NCBI GenBank assembly: GCA_965204045.1
Contig: CBDBDW010000002.1
Coordinates: 1,887,284 to 1,951,283 of the forward strand
DNA: 64,000 bases
Direction of reading: 5' to 3'
Source: Gammaproteobacteria bacterium
GTDB lineage: Bacteria > Pseudomonadota > Gammaproteobacteria > Eutrophobiales > Eutrophobiaceae
Part shown: in pieces, positions 53,373-62,713 of the stretch
How the letters are laid out: each line of letters opens with the position of its first letter
How positions within the stretch are numbered: position 1 is the first letter of the stretch
Notes under the pieces: generated by a model
The model's input: the letters and a program-made list of their open reading frames with translations, nothing else
The model's database searches: none
Told to the model about the DNA's origin: nothing
Program-made: the position numbers and the translations under genes

Positions 53373-53790
53373 CCACTGTTTGTATTCTCGTTATCATTTC
53401 TTTTGCATTCGGATTTATTTTTGAAAAAGCAAACCATTTTTTACCTGTATCTTTAAGTGAGGTTCCGATGTGGTAACCGGTCACAAATTGTGACGGGTTC
53501 ATTCGGCAATACTTCAGCCCTATCTGTTTTTCCGGTCATCACTATATACCCTGTTTCACTGTTTGGAACTGTTTGACCCAGAAGGTAATTCAGGTTTCAC
53601 GGGCCAATGGCAGTTGTTGCAAAAGTTGCAACAACTGACTCGGATGGCGCTGCATGCGGAGAATAAAAATTCATCGGTTTGTCTGAAATTGCAATGTGCA
53701 TTTTTTGCACATTGCTTTGAGACTGGTAAATGGCAATCTCTTTGATGTTTTTGTGCCCTTTCATCCGCTATCTCCTGATTTTACCTTTAC

Positions 53791-54846
53791 TTATTGACCG
53801 TTCCCTTGCTTCACAAAGTTTTCCAGGTCCCTTATATCTTCTTTGTCTGCTTCAATGGCAGCGGTCTTAAGGCGGTTTGTGTGAAACTCGTCATAACGAT
53901 TTTCGGCTAATCGCTTTGCTACTTCTGCTTTTACTGTTCCCGTATGCGTTAATAAATCCCGCTCGTTAAATTGCATAAAGACATCCAGTTTCTCGGCCCA
54001 TTGCTGCATGGTTATCGTCTTGCGGCTTGTTGCTTGCTCCTCGGCGTAATCCAGATACATTGTCACGATGCGGTTCAACTCTTCGATCTCTTTTTCTTTC
54101 AGGTAATTTTTCGCAATGGCCACATCTCTTTTACGCACCTTGGCCCCTTGCCATGACGTGAGTCCCATATTTGACCTTTCCGGGTCGCTGCGTTCTACGA
54201 TTAACTCAGCGGCAGTTTTGCCCGTTACAGACCATAGCATCTTGTTCTGTACCACTTTGAAAAACTCCTGGGATTGCTCGGACTCTTTGTCGTAATCTAT
54301 GGCTGTGGCGTATAGATCACGAACTTTTTGATAAAACCTTTTTTCCGATGACCGGATATCGCGGATACGTTCCAACCATTCATCAAAATAATCGGGAACA
54401 GGCGAAGCTTTTGCAGGCGGATTTTTGAGCCTTTCATCATCCATGGTAAAGCCCTTGATGATGTATTCTTTAAGCCGTGCGGTTGCCCAGATGCGAAACC
54501 GTGTTGCGATGATGCTTTTTACCCGATAGCCAATGGAAATAATCATGTCCAGGTTATAGTGAGCAATTGCTCTTGTAACGGTTCTTTGCCCCTCCTGCTG
54601 AACTATTAAGAAATCCTTAACAGTTGCTTCCGGTATCAATTCCCTCTCGTCATAGATGTTTTTTATATGCATGCTGATGTTTGGAACTGTTGTTTGCAAT
54701 AATTCAGCGATTGCCTGCTGTGTCAGCCACAGAGTTTCTTGTTCCAAACGCACATCCAGCTTGATTTGTCCATCCTCCGCCTGATAAACCAAAAACTCTC
54801 CCTCTCGTGGCGCCATCAGCTTTTCGGATTTTTTCCTGTTGCTCAT
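53791..54846 (-). CDS. RhuM family protein
   Basis: Start set at the ATG at 54846 (MSNRKK...). 'IAHYNLDMIISIGYRVKSIIATRFRIWATARLKEYIIKGFTMDDERLKNP'. Confidence 0.75.
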   Translation of the reverse strand: MSNRKKSEKLMAPREGEFLVYQAEDGQIKLDVRLEQETLWLTQQAIAELLQTTVPNISMHIKNIYDERELIPEATVKDFLIVQQEGQRTVTRAIAHYNLDMIISIGYRVKSIIATRFRIWATARLKEYIIKGFTMDDERLKNPPAKASPVPDYFDEWLERIRDIRSSEKRFYQKVRDLYATAIDYDKESEQSQEFFKVVQNKMLWSVTGKTAAELIVERSDPERSNMGLTSWQGAKVRKRDVAIAKNYLKEKEIEELNRIVTMYLDYAEEQATSRKTITMQQWAEKLDVFMQFNERDLLTHTGTVKAEVAKRLAENRYDEFHTNRLKTAAIEADKEDIRDLENFVKQGNGQ

Positions 54847-54859
54847 ATCATTGTCCCTC

Positions 54860-55723
54860 TCATTTTTCTTCCAGTTTTTTCTTGCTTTTGTTCTCAAGTA
54901 CCCGGGCGCTGGTCTCGGGCGTTGGCAGGTCTTCGGGCATCTCGCCTCTAAGTTCGCTTATGGTCTTTCGTACCTTTGCACCGACTTCGTGATGGGTGGT
55001 GTTGGCCCTTGTCTTGCCTTTGATGTTGTCACGGCGTAGTTTTTCTTCGGTCTGCGTCGCCCGGAAAAGGTTTGCGGCCAGTTCGGTGCTGCCCATGTGG
55101 TCGAGAATATGCTGGCTTTTCTTCAATCCTTTCCTTTTGTGGATGTCTTTTGCGGCAAGTCCGTCGTATAAGCCCTGGTAGCCGTGATTCTGGAAAACCG
55201 CGAAATCAAGACTGCTCTTTACACCTGCGTGGCTGGCGGTTTCCACCAGTTGCTTGTTGTGTTCTTTGAGTTCATTGCGCAGGAACAGCCGTTTTTTGTC
55301 TTCGTCCAGTTGCTGGAACGTCTCGTCATCCGCCAGTTCCTGTCTACGGGTTTGAAGTGCAAAATAGGTCTGTCCATTAGCAATAACCGACTTTGACGGA
55401 TCACCATTCTGCACTATGAGATAACATGCGTAACGCGAAAGATGATAGTCGTAATCTGCGATATGCCTTTGCGCGCCTGAACCTATGGTTACCATTTTCC
55501 CCACTTGGTGAAAATGGTCTGAAGAGTCTATCCCGGAAGCCTTACAGGCCTTTACAGCCTTTTTTATGACCGGCTTGAATTTATCCCAGCGACTGTATTC
55601 CAAAACAGGCTGTAAATCTTTTGCAGACCAGAATTCCTGACCATCGTCGGTGTATTGGCGAATTTGTTCAAAAGTCTGATGGTGTGGATTTGTCATTTGC
55701 TTCTTGGGCATTTTACTGTTCAC
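54860..55723 (-). CDS. dinD: DNA-damage-inducible protein D-like (BRO-N/DinD family)
   Basis: 287 aa. 'FWSAKDLQPVLEYSRWDKF', 'SRYACYLIVQNGDP' and 'YFALQTRRQE'. Confidence 0.7.
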   Translation of the reverse strand: MNSKMPKKQMTNPHHQTFEQIRQYTDDGQEFWSAKDLQPVLEYSRWDKFKPVIKKAVKACKASGIDSSDHFHQVGKMVTIGSGAQRHIADYDYHLSRYACYLIVQNGDPSKSVIANGQTYFALQTRRQELADDETFQQLDEDKKRLFLRNELKEHNKQLVETASHAGVKSSLDFAVFQNHGYQGLYDGLAAKDIHKRKGLKKSQHILDHMGSTELAANLFRATQTEEKLRRDNIKGKTRANTTHHEVGAKVRKTISELRGEMPEDLPTPETSARVLENKSKKKLEEK

Positions 55724-57228
55724 CTTTGTATCCCCTTCATTTTCTCCGCCATTTCAGTCCGTACCCTGAAAAGTTCTTCCTCTAGCCGGTCGATGTCCCG
55801 CTGTACCGCGTCTATGTCGATTTCTTCCTCTTCCTCAAAGGTATCCACATAGCGCGGGATGTTCAGGTTGAAGTCATTTTCTGCAATCTCATCAAACCCG
55901 GCCAGGTGTGCGTACTTTTCAACATCCTTGCGTTCCTTGCAGGTCTCCAGGATCTTTTCAATGTGTTTGTCCAGCAGGGCATTCTGGTTTTTGCCAGGCT
56001 GGTAATCCTTGCTGGCGTCGACAAAGAGCACGTCCTTGCGGCCTGCATTACTACCGCCTTGTTCGCGGGAACGGTCAAATACCAGGACTGCAACCGGGAT
56101 AGTTGTTGTCGGAAACAGGTTTCCGGGCAGGCCGATAACCGTGTCAAGCAGGTTGTCTTCTATCAGTTTACGGCGTATGCGGCCTTCGGCAGCGCCGCGA
56201 AACAGGACGCCGTGGGGGACGACCACCGCAACGCGGCCTTTGTTTTCAATAGCGATTTCGATCATGTGGCTGATGAAGGCAAAATCACCTTTGGAGACCG
56301 GGGGCAACCCGCGCCAGAAGCGGTTATATGGGTCTTCACTGACGGCCTCTGCTCCCCACTTCTTCAATGAAAATGGTGGGTTCGCGACTACGTTGTCGAA
56401 TTTCATCAAGCGATCATTCTCCACCAGGGCAGGGGCGGTCAGGGTATCGCACCACTCTATACGTGCAGCGTCCGCGCCGTGCAGAAACATATTCATCCTT
56501 GCCAGCGCCCAGGTACTGCCGTTGACCTCCATGCCGTAGAGGGCATAGTCATCATTGCCGACTACTTGGGCGGCTTCTATCATCAGGCCGCCGGACCCGC
56601 AGGCAGGGTCACAGATACGCGCGCCAGGCCTGGGGGCGCACAATTTTGCCACCAGTTCGGAGACCTTGTGTGGGGTGTAGAACTCTCCCGCTTTCTTGCC
56701 GGCATCAGAGGCAAAACGCTCAATCAGGTAAATGTAGGTGTTGCCTATAACGTCTCCGGGAACCCGGCTGGGGCGCATATCCAGTTCCGGTTTATTGAAA
56801 TCCTCAAGCAGGGTTTTAAGGCGGCGGTTGCGGTCCTTGGTTTTTCCGAGGTTGGCCTCAGAGTTAAAATCGATGTTACGGAATACTCCTTCCAGTTTCA
56901 GTCTGTTCTCTGTTTCGATTGCTTCCAGTGCGATATTGATTAACTCACCGATATTGGCCTCATTTCGGTTTTCGTAAAGGTCATAGAAACTGTTGTCTTC
57001 GGGTAGTACGAAACGTTCTCGTTGCAGGCGGCGGCGGATGCGTACTTCATCAGCGCCGTATTCTTTTTCATAAGTTTCATAGTGGTCGTTCCATATATCG
57101 GAGATGTATTTCACGAAAAGCATAACCAGGATGTAATCCTTGTACTGTGCCGGGTCCAGTACTCCACGGAATGTATCGCAGGCATCCCAGGCAGCTTTGT
57201 TAATGTCTTTTTGTCGGACTATGCTCAT
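55720..57228 (-). CDS. hsdM: Type I R-M N6-adenine DNA methyltransferase subunit
   Basis: 502 aa. AdoMet motif 'ICDPACGSGGL' and catalytic 'VVANPPFS'. Confidence 0.9.
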   Translation of the reverse strand: MSIVRQKDINKAAWDACDTFRGVLDPAQYKDYILVMLFVKYISDIWNDHYETYEKEYGADEVRIRRRLQRERFVLPEDNSFYDLYENRNEANIGELINIALEAIETENRLKLEGVFRNIDFNSEANLGKTKDRNRRLKTLLEDFNKPELDMRPSRVPGDVIGNTYIYLIERFASDAGKKAGEFYTPHKVSELVAKLCAPRPGARICDPACGSGGLMIEAAQVVGNDDYALYGMEVNGSTWALARMNMFLHGADAARIEWCDTLTAPALVENDRLMKFDNVVANPPFSLKKWGAEAVSEDPYNRFWRGLPPVSKGDFAFISHMIEIAIENKGRVAVVVPHGVLFRGAAEGRIRRKLIEDNLLDTVIGLPGNLFPTTTIPVAVLVFDRSREQGGSNAGRKDVLFVDASKDYQPGKNQNALLDKHIEKILETCKERKDVEKYAHLAGFDEIAENDFNLNIPRYVDTFEEEEEIDIDAVQRDIDRLEEELFRVRTEMAEKMKGIQR

Positions 57229-57253
57229 TATTTATTCTCCTGTTCGGGCTTGC

Positions 57254-57838
57254 TCACGGAAGTTGCGACGTTGTAATGGCCTGCAATAATTTGTTTTCCA
57301 CTAATCGCTTACGTTTTACTGCCAGACTCTCGAGTATGGTTTGCTCTCTGTCGGCGAGGCGGCTTAATTCAATAATTCGCTGTTGTGTAGAAATGCCTGG
57401 TATCTGCACCTCAAGGGATTCCAGGGCTTTCTTGCCTATCATTCGCATGGCCGTACCGGTAGCATGGCTTTGTAAGAAGGACTGTGATACCGGCAGGTTG
57501 ATGAACCAGCAAAGAAAACCCGGTAAAACAGACGGATTGTGTACGCGCAAGTGTAGTAACGGGGCGGCCACGATAGCGTGTCCAGGCTCCCGGTCAACCA
57601 GCGCCGCTGTATTGTTCATGCCCCGAGAGCGGAAAATCAGGTCGTTCTGTCGTACCCTTTGGCGCTCTTTCAAATTATGCATCAGGACAAAAACCAGCTT
57701 CCTGTCATCCAATCGGTTGTCTTTACCGAGATCTTTCATTTGGACCACCGCTACGTTTCCATGGGGTGTCTGCTCCAGGCGCGCACGGAAAGTATGTCCC
57801 ATCTGGACTGAAGCGATGTTTTTTAGCTTTGTAATCAT
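57254..57838 (-). CDS. Half-size type I specificity subunit (single TRD)
   Basis: About 194 aa from the ATG at 57838. One TRD plus the conserved helix 'STQQRIIELSRLADREQTILESL'. Confidence 0.65.
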   Translation of the reverse strand: MITKLKNIASVQMGHTFRARLEQTPHGNVAVVQMKDLGKDNRLDDRKLVFVLMHNLKERQRVRQNDLIFRSRGMNNTAALVDREPGHAIVAAPLLHLRVHNPSVLPGFLCWFINLPVSQSFLQSHATGTAMRMIGKKALESLEVQIPGISTQQRIIELSRLADREQTILESLAVKRKRLVENKLLQAITTSQLP

Positions 57839-58011
57839 TACGCCATACATTATATACAATAATGGCGTTTCTGTCAAATTTTTTTATAAGTAACGCTGGA
57901 ATTGCTTAAGAGAGTTGGTTTATCTGCTGGATTTTGACATTCGCCAGAATGACGAGTTACTAAATTGTCAATGCTAGACGGATTGACTAACGGTGAGAGA
58001 TAGGCTGAATC

Positions 58012-59331
58012 TTATGCCGACCCGGTACCACAAAATTCCGCCACAATCTCGCTGAACCGATATACATCCTCGAAACTGTTGTACATCGGTATGGGCGCGA
58101 CGCGGATGATGTCCGGTTCCCTGAAATCGGTAACCGCTCCCTTCTCTGACAGGACTTGCAGCATGCCCCGGGGGTCTTTCCTGAAGCGCAGGGACAGGGT
58201 GCATCCTCGGGCCTGTTTATCCGGGGAGTAGGGCGGCGTCATTATCTCTACGTACTCGCCGGCGTTTTCTTTCAATAACCATTCCAGGTATGAGGTTAGT
58301 TTGACGCTCTTCTCCCGCAGCCTGGGCATGGTCGCCGCGTCGAACAGTTCCAGGCTGGCGCGCAGCGCGGTCATCTGGAAAATGGGCGGGTTGGACATGG
58401 CCCAGGCTTCCGCGGTCGGGATGCGGTCTATCCTGCGGCGCATCTTGAAACGGTCCTGCTCCCTTGTGCCCCACCAGCCTTCAAAGCGCGGGATGCCATC
58501 GTTGCCATGGTGCCGTTCATGGACGAAGGCCGCAGCCATGCCGCCGGGTCCGGCGTTGAGGAACTTGTAGCAGCACCAGACCGCGAAATCGGCGTTATCA
58601 TCGTGCAGGTCCAGCAGGATGTTGCCGGCGCCGTGGGCCAGGTTGAAACCGACCATGGCGCCCATCCTGTGACCCAGGTCGGTGATGGCGCGCATGTCGA
58701 AGCACTGGCCGGAGAGGTAGTTGCAGTTGCCCAGCATCACCAGGGCCAGTTCGTCGCCTGCGGCCTCAATTTGCTCAAGCACGTCCTCATCGGTCATGGC
58801 CAGTTGCCCCGGTTTGGGTTGCAGTTCGACGATGGCGTCATCAGGGTCGAAGCCGTGGAAGCGGGCCTGGGAGTCGACCGCGTACTGGTCCGAGGGAAAG
58901 GCGTTTTTTTCGATGATGATCTTGTAGCGTTTCTGCGTCGGACGGTAAAAACTGACCAGCATCAGGTGCAGGTTGACCGTGAGGGTATTCATTGCCACGA
59001 CTTCGTCCGGCCTGGCGCCGGCAATGCGAGCCAGGCTGCCGGCGACAAAGGAGTGGGAACGTACCCAGGGGCGCCCGGCTTCAAAGTGTCCCTTCACGGC
59101 GTATTTTGCCCAGTTATCACACTCGGCGTTCAGCGCCTCCCGGGCGCGGTTTGGCATCAGGCCCAGCGAGTGGCCGGCAAAATACAGCAGCGGTTCGCCC
59201 TCGGAGTTCGTGGGGAAGGTGAAATCGGCGCGGAATCCGGCCAGTTCATCGTCCCGGTCCAACTGCCGGGCAGCGGCCAGGCAGTTGTGTTCGCTGGTGA
59301 AGTTGATTTGTTTCACGAACAGGCATCCCAA
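58012..59331 (-). CDS. kynU: Kynureninase
   Basis: About 435-439 aa (TTG at 59331 or GTG at 59316). 'LYFAGHSLGLMP' and PLP-lysine region 'CCYKFLNAGPGG'. Confidence 0.85.
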   Translation of the reverse strand: MGCLFVKQINFTSEHNCLAAARQLDRDDELAGFRADFTFPTNSEGEPLLYFAGHSLGLMPNRAREALNAECDNWAKYAVKGHFEAGRPWVRSHSFVAGSLARIAGARPDEVVAMNTLTVNLHLMLVSFYRPTQKRYKIIIEKNAFPSDQYAVDSQARFHGFDPDDAIVELQPKPGQLAMTDEDVLEQIEAAGDELALVMLGNCNYLSGQCFDMRAITDLGHRMGAMVGFNLAHGAGNILLDLHDDNADFAVWCCYKFLNAGPGGMAAAFVHERHHGNDGIPRFEGWWGTREQDRFKMRRRIDRIPTAEAWAMSNPPIFQMTALRASLELFDAATMPRLREKSVKLTSYLEWLLKENAGEYVEIMTPPYSPDKQARGCTLSLRFRKDPRGMLQVLSEKGAVTDFREPDIIRVAPIPMYNSFEDVYRFSEIVAEFCGTGSA

Positions 59332-59455
59332 TCAAAGAAGTGTTTTATTTTACCGGATTCCGGTGTTCGTCGGAATGACAACCGGAGCGCCCGAATAATG
59401 GGTGTCCTCAATTCATTGCAATTAGTTTCATTTGTAACTATACTGTTGGAATTAT

Positions 59456-59497
59456 GGGGTCAGAGTAAAAATTCTGCGGATTTCTTACTCTGACCCC
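59456..59497. repeat. Family-A palindromic repeat pair (short loop)
   Basis: GGGGTCAGAGTAAAAA ... TTTCTTACTCTGACCCC in the kynU/hmgA divergent intergenic region. Confidence 0.85.
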
Positions 59498-59521
59498 GTC
59501 AATCCAAACTGGAGATTCATC

Positions 59522-60856
59522 ATGGCAACAGTTATCAGCTCAAGGGTAGCAGAAGTTCCTGCTGCCGCAGAGTCATACGAATACCTGAGCGGGTTCGGCA
59601 ACGAACATGAATCCGAGGCCCTGGCGGGGGCCTTGCCCCGGGGCCGGTTTTCGCCGCAGAAGGTTGCATACGGGCTGTACGCGGAGAAGTTCAGCAGCAC
59701 TGCGTTCACTGCGCCCCGCGAGTCGAACCGGCGCACCTGGTTTTACCGTATCCGGCCCTCGGTGACGCACGGGGATTTTCGTCCCCTGGAGCAGTCGCGC
59801 ATCTGCAACGGACCCATTACCGACGTGCCGACGCCGCCCAACCAGATGCGCTGGGACCCCATTCCCATACCGGACACCCCCGCCGATTTCGTTGATGGCC
59901 TGGTGACGTTTGCCGCCAACGGCAACGCGGCTACGCAAGTGGGTTGCGGCATTCATTACTACCTGGCGAACCGCTCCATGGCGGACCGCTACTTCTACGA
60001 CGCGGACGGCGAACTGCTGATCGTGCCGCAACAGGGTAGCCTGGATATCCATACGGAATGCGGACGGCTGGACGTGTCCCCCGGTGAGGTCGTTTTGATC
60101 CCGCGCGGGATGAAATTCTCCGTGGCGTTGCCCGATGGGCCCAGCCGCGGCTACATCTGTGAAAACTACGGCGCCCACTTCCGCCTGCCGGAACGCGGCC
60201 CCGTCGGTTCCGACGGCTATGCCAATGATCGTGATTTCAAGGCGCCGGTTGCAGCCTGCCAGGACCAACAGGGCGAGTTTGAACTGGTGTGCAAGTTCGA
60301 CGGCAGGCTCTACGCCTGCGACATCGGCCATTCACCCCTGGACGTGGTGGCCTGGGTGGGCAACTCCGTGCCTTATAAATACCCGCTGGAGCGCTTCAAC
60401 GCGATCGGCACGGTCAGCTATGATCACCCCGACCCGTCCATCTTTACGGTCATGACCGCGCCTTCCGATACGCCGGGAACGGCCAACGTGGATTTTGTGA
60501 TCTTTCCGCCGCGCTGGATGGTGGGGGAGGATACATTTCGCCCGCCCTGGTATCACCGCAACGTCATGAGCGAGTTCATGGGGCTGATCTACGGCGTTTA
60601 CGACGCCAAACCGGAGGGCTTCGTGCCGGGCGGCGCCAGCCTGCACAACTGCATGTCCGCCCATGGCCCCGACGATGCGGCCTTTGAAGGCGCTTCCAAT
60701 GCCCGGCTGGCGCCCGTCAAGCAGGAGAATACCATGGCCTTCATGATCGAGTCCCGTTACGTGATCCAGCCGACGGAGTTCGCCATATCGTCGGCGCAAC
60801 GGCAGAGAAATTATGTCGATTGCTGGCAGGGGCTTAAAAAACACTTCAAGCCTTGA
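59522..60856 (+). CDS. hmgA: Homogentisate 1,2-dioxygenase
   Basis: 444 aa. '[19 protein letters not shown]', '[16 protein letters not shown]' and '[12 protein letters not shown]'. Confidence 0.9.
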   Translation: MATVISSRVAEVPAAAESYEYLSGFGNEHESEALAGALPRGRFSPQKVAYGLYAEKFSSTAFTAPRESNRRTWFYRIRPSVTHGDFRPLEQSRICNGPITDVPTPPNQMRWDPIPIPDTPADFVDGLVTFAANGNAATQVGCGIHYYLANRSMADRYFYDADGELLIVPQQGSLDIHTECGRLDVSPGEVVLIPRGMKFSVALPDGPSRGYICENYGAHFRLPERGPVGSDGYANDRDFKAPVAACQDQQGEFELVCKFDGRLYACDIGHSPLDVVAWVGNSVPYKYPLERFNAIGTVSYDHPDPSIFTVMTAPSDTPGTANVDFVIFPPRWMVGEDTFRPPWYHRNVMSEFMGLIYGVYDAKPEGFVPGGASLHNCMSAHGPDDAAFEGASNARLAPVKQENTMAFMIESRYVIQPTEFAISSAQRQRNYVDCWQGLKKHFKP

Positions 60857-60889
60857 GCGGCGCGTTACCGGTCGGCGCGGACAGGCACA

Positions 60890-61339
60890 ATGAGCAAGCA
60901 GAACCCGTCTTTGAATTTGAAGGAGTTCCTGCCGTACCAACTGTCCATTGTCACCAACCGGATCAGCGCGTCCTTCGCCCGGCTTTACTCGGACAAGTTC
61001 AACCTGACTATTCCCGAGTGGCGGGTGATGGCCGTACTGGGACAACAACCGAACCTGTCTGCCGATGAGGTCTGCAGCGAGACCGAAATGGACAAGGTGC
61101 CGGTCAGCCGGGCGGTGTCGAAACTGCTGGACAAGGGCCTGCTCGACCGTGATTTTTCCGGAGACGACCGGCGCCGGTCGATCCTGCACCTGTCAGAAGC
61201 AGGTTACGGCATGTACGCGCAGATCGTCCCATTGGCGCTGAGTTATGAAGAGGAGTTGAAAGCGGTTTTGACTGCGGATGAGCAGTCGCAGTTGGAGAAA
61301 CTACTCGATAAATTAAGTCTGGAAGGGGGACAGATTTAA
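60890..61339 (+). CDS. MarR family transcriptional regulator
   Basis: 149 aa. 'IPEWRVMAVLGQQPNLSADEVCSETEMDKVPVSRAV'. The last codons (GGQI*) lie in a family-B palindrome. Confidence 0.85.
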   Translation: MSKQNPSLNLKEFLPYQLSIVTNRISASFARLYSDKFNLTIPEWRVMAVLGQQPNLSADEVCSETEMDKVPVSRAVSKLLDKGLLDRDFSGDDRRRSILHLSEAGYGMYAQIVPLALSYEEELKAVLTADEQSQLEKLLDKLSLEGGQI

Positions 61340-61350
61340 AATCTGTCCCC
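61325..61350. repeat. Family-B short palindrome GGGGGACAGATTTAAAATCTGTCCCC
   Basis: Identical to 4622-4647. Sits between convergent marR and the P450 gene. Confidence 0.9.
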
Positions 61351-61362
61351 GGTTCAGCCGGA

Positions 61363-62586
61363 TCAGTGGGTGGCCGCAGGCAGTGACAGCAGACCGCGGA
61401 AGCGGGCGCGCTTGTCCCGTACCGGTTTCCCCGTCAAGGTCAGGGCGGGAAAACGGTTGAACAGCGCCGGGACGGCAATGCGCGCTTCCAGGCGCGCCAC
61501 GTTGAGGCCGGCGCAGGTGTGTATGCCGCCGGCGAAGGCCAGGTGGTTGCGGGGATAACGGGTAATGTCCAGCCGGTCAGGTTCAGGGTAGACCGCGGGA
61601 TCCCGGTTGGCGGCGCCGATTGAGAAGGTCAACGTGGTCCCGGCCGGTATTCTGGCGTCATCGAATTGCACTGTCTCGGTGGTTGCCCTGTTGCCGAGTT
61701 GTACCGGCGCCTCATATCTCAGTATCTCTTCGATCGCGGAATTGATTAATCCAGGTTTCTCTTTCAGCAGTTGCAACTGGTCGGGATGGGTGAGTAAACA
61801 ATAGGTACTGTGGCCTATGAGATTCGTGGTCGTTTCATGGCCGGCATTCAGTATGAAAATACACTGGTGATAGAGCTGTTTATCGGACAATACGAAACCG
61901 TCGGATTCCCATTTTATCAGCCGGCTCAATATGTCGTCGTGGTCGTCGGACAGGTTTTTCCGGCGGTCTTCGACAAGATCGGCGAGATAATCCAGGAACT
62001 CCTTCACACAACGGTTCCCGTAATCCAGTTTTTCCCCGGACAGGTCGAATTCCAGCGCGCCGAGGATGGCGTTGGCCCAGCGCTGTAACATCCCGCGGTC
62101 CTCGCGGGGCAGACGCAGCAGGTTGCCGACCACCTCTACGGGAATGAGGGAGGCATAATCGGACATCGCGTCGAACGCTCCCTTGTCTTCCAGCCTGTCC
62201 AGTAATCCCGCAGTGAACTCGCGCAGGCCCGGTTCCATGGCAATGAGGGTCTTCTGCGACAGGGCATCGCCGATAGCCTTGCGTACATGGGTGTGCAGCG
62301 GCGGGTCGTTGAATACCAGGCTGGTCGTATGATGCTCATATAATAAGGTGTCGCCGAACAGCGGCCTGAACATCTTTTTCTTGTCGGAGCTGAACAGTTT
62401 CGGGTCGCGGTAGATGCGGAACAGGTCGGCATGGCGGGTGAAGAAGTAACTGCCGTCGGCAAACCGGTGTACAGGGTCCTGTTCACGCAACGCGTGGTAA
62501 TAGGGGTACGGGTCTTCGTAATAATCGTCAGGCAGGTCGGTGAGACTGAAGTCAGCGACGGATATGTGTCGTTTATTCCCGGACAT
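61363..62586 (-). CDS. Cytochrome P450
   Basis: 407 aa. 'AGHETT' I-helix, 'EEILRYE' (ExxR) and heme loop 'FAGGIHTCAGLNVAR'. Confidence 0.9.
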   Translation of the reverse strand: MSGNKRHISVADFSLTDLPDDYYEDPYPYYHALREQDPVHRFADGSYFFTRHADLFRIYRDPKLFSSDKKKMFRPLFGDTLLYEHHTTSLVFNDPPLHTHVRKAIGDALSQKTLIAMEPGLREFTAGLLDRLEDKGAFDAMSDYASLIPVEVVGNLLRLPREDRGMLQRWANAILGALEFDLSGEKLDYGNRCVKEFLDYLADLVEDRRKNLSDDHDDILSRLIKWESDGFVLSDKQLYHQCIFILNAGHETTTNLIGHSTYCLLTHPDQLQLLKEKPGLINSAIEEILRYEAPVQLGNRATTETVQFDDARIPAGTTLTFSIGAANRDPAVYPEPDRLDITRYPRNHLAFAGGIHTCAGLNVARLEARIAVPALFNRFPALTLTGKPVRDKRARFRGLLSLPAATH

Positions 62587-62609
62587 GTTGCCATGTTACC
62601 CCGATATAT

Positions 62610-62625
62610 GGGGTCAGAGTAAAAT
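62610..62625 (+). repeat. Family-A repeat, single arm
   Basis: GGGGTCAGAGTAAAAT between the P450 start and the AOR gene. Confidence 0.8.
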
Positions 62626-62713
62626 TCCTTAATTCCATCCGCATACAAAGTATTGGACTATAAGACTGCCAGTAGTGATAATAAGCTATTACGCAACAAC
62701 CGAGGAGACTGCT

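Noticed and set aside
53563-53745. 60-aa plus-strand ORF between rhuM and hsdS
   Set aside because: It is on the opposite strand to the whole operon and has no RBS or motif. The minus-strand fragments explain the region better.
58507-61189. ORFs 58507..59493 (+), 59573..60331 (-) and 60332..61189 (-)
   Set aside because: They are antisense shadows of kynU, hmgA and marR. They have no motifs and lie in high-GC regions.
360-62625. Possibility that the recurring palindromes (families A-D) form a CRISPR array
   Set aside because: The copies are dispersed over the window. They occur as inverted pairs or single arms and lack regular repeat-spacer periodicity. No cas genes are present.
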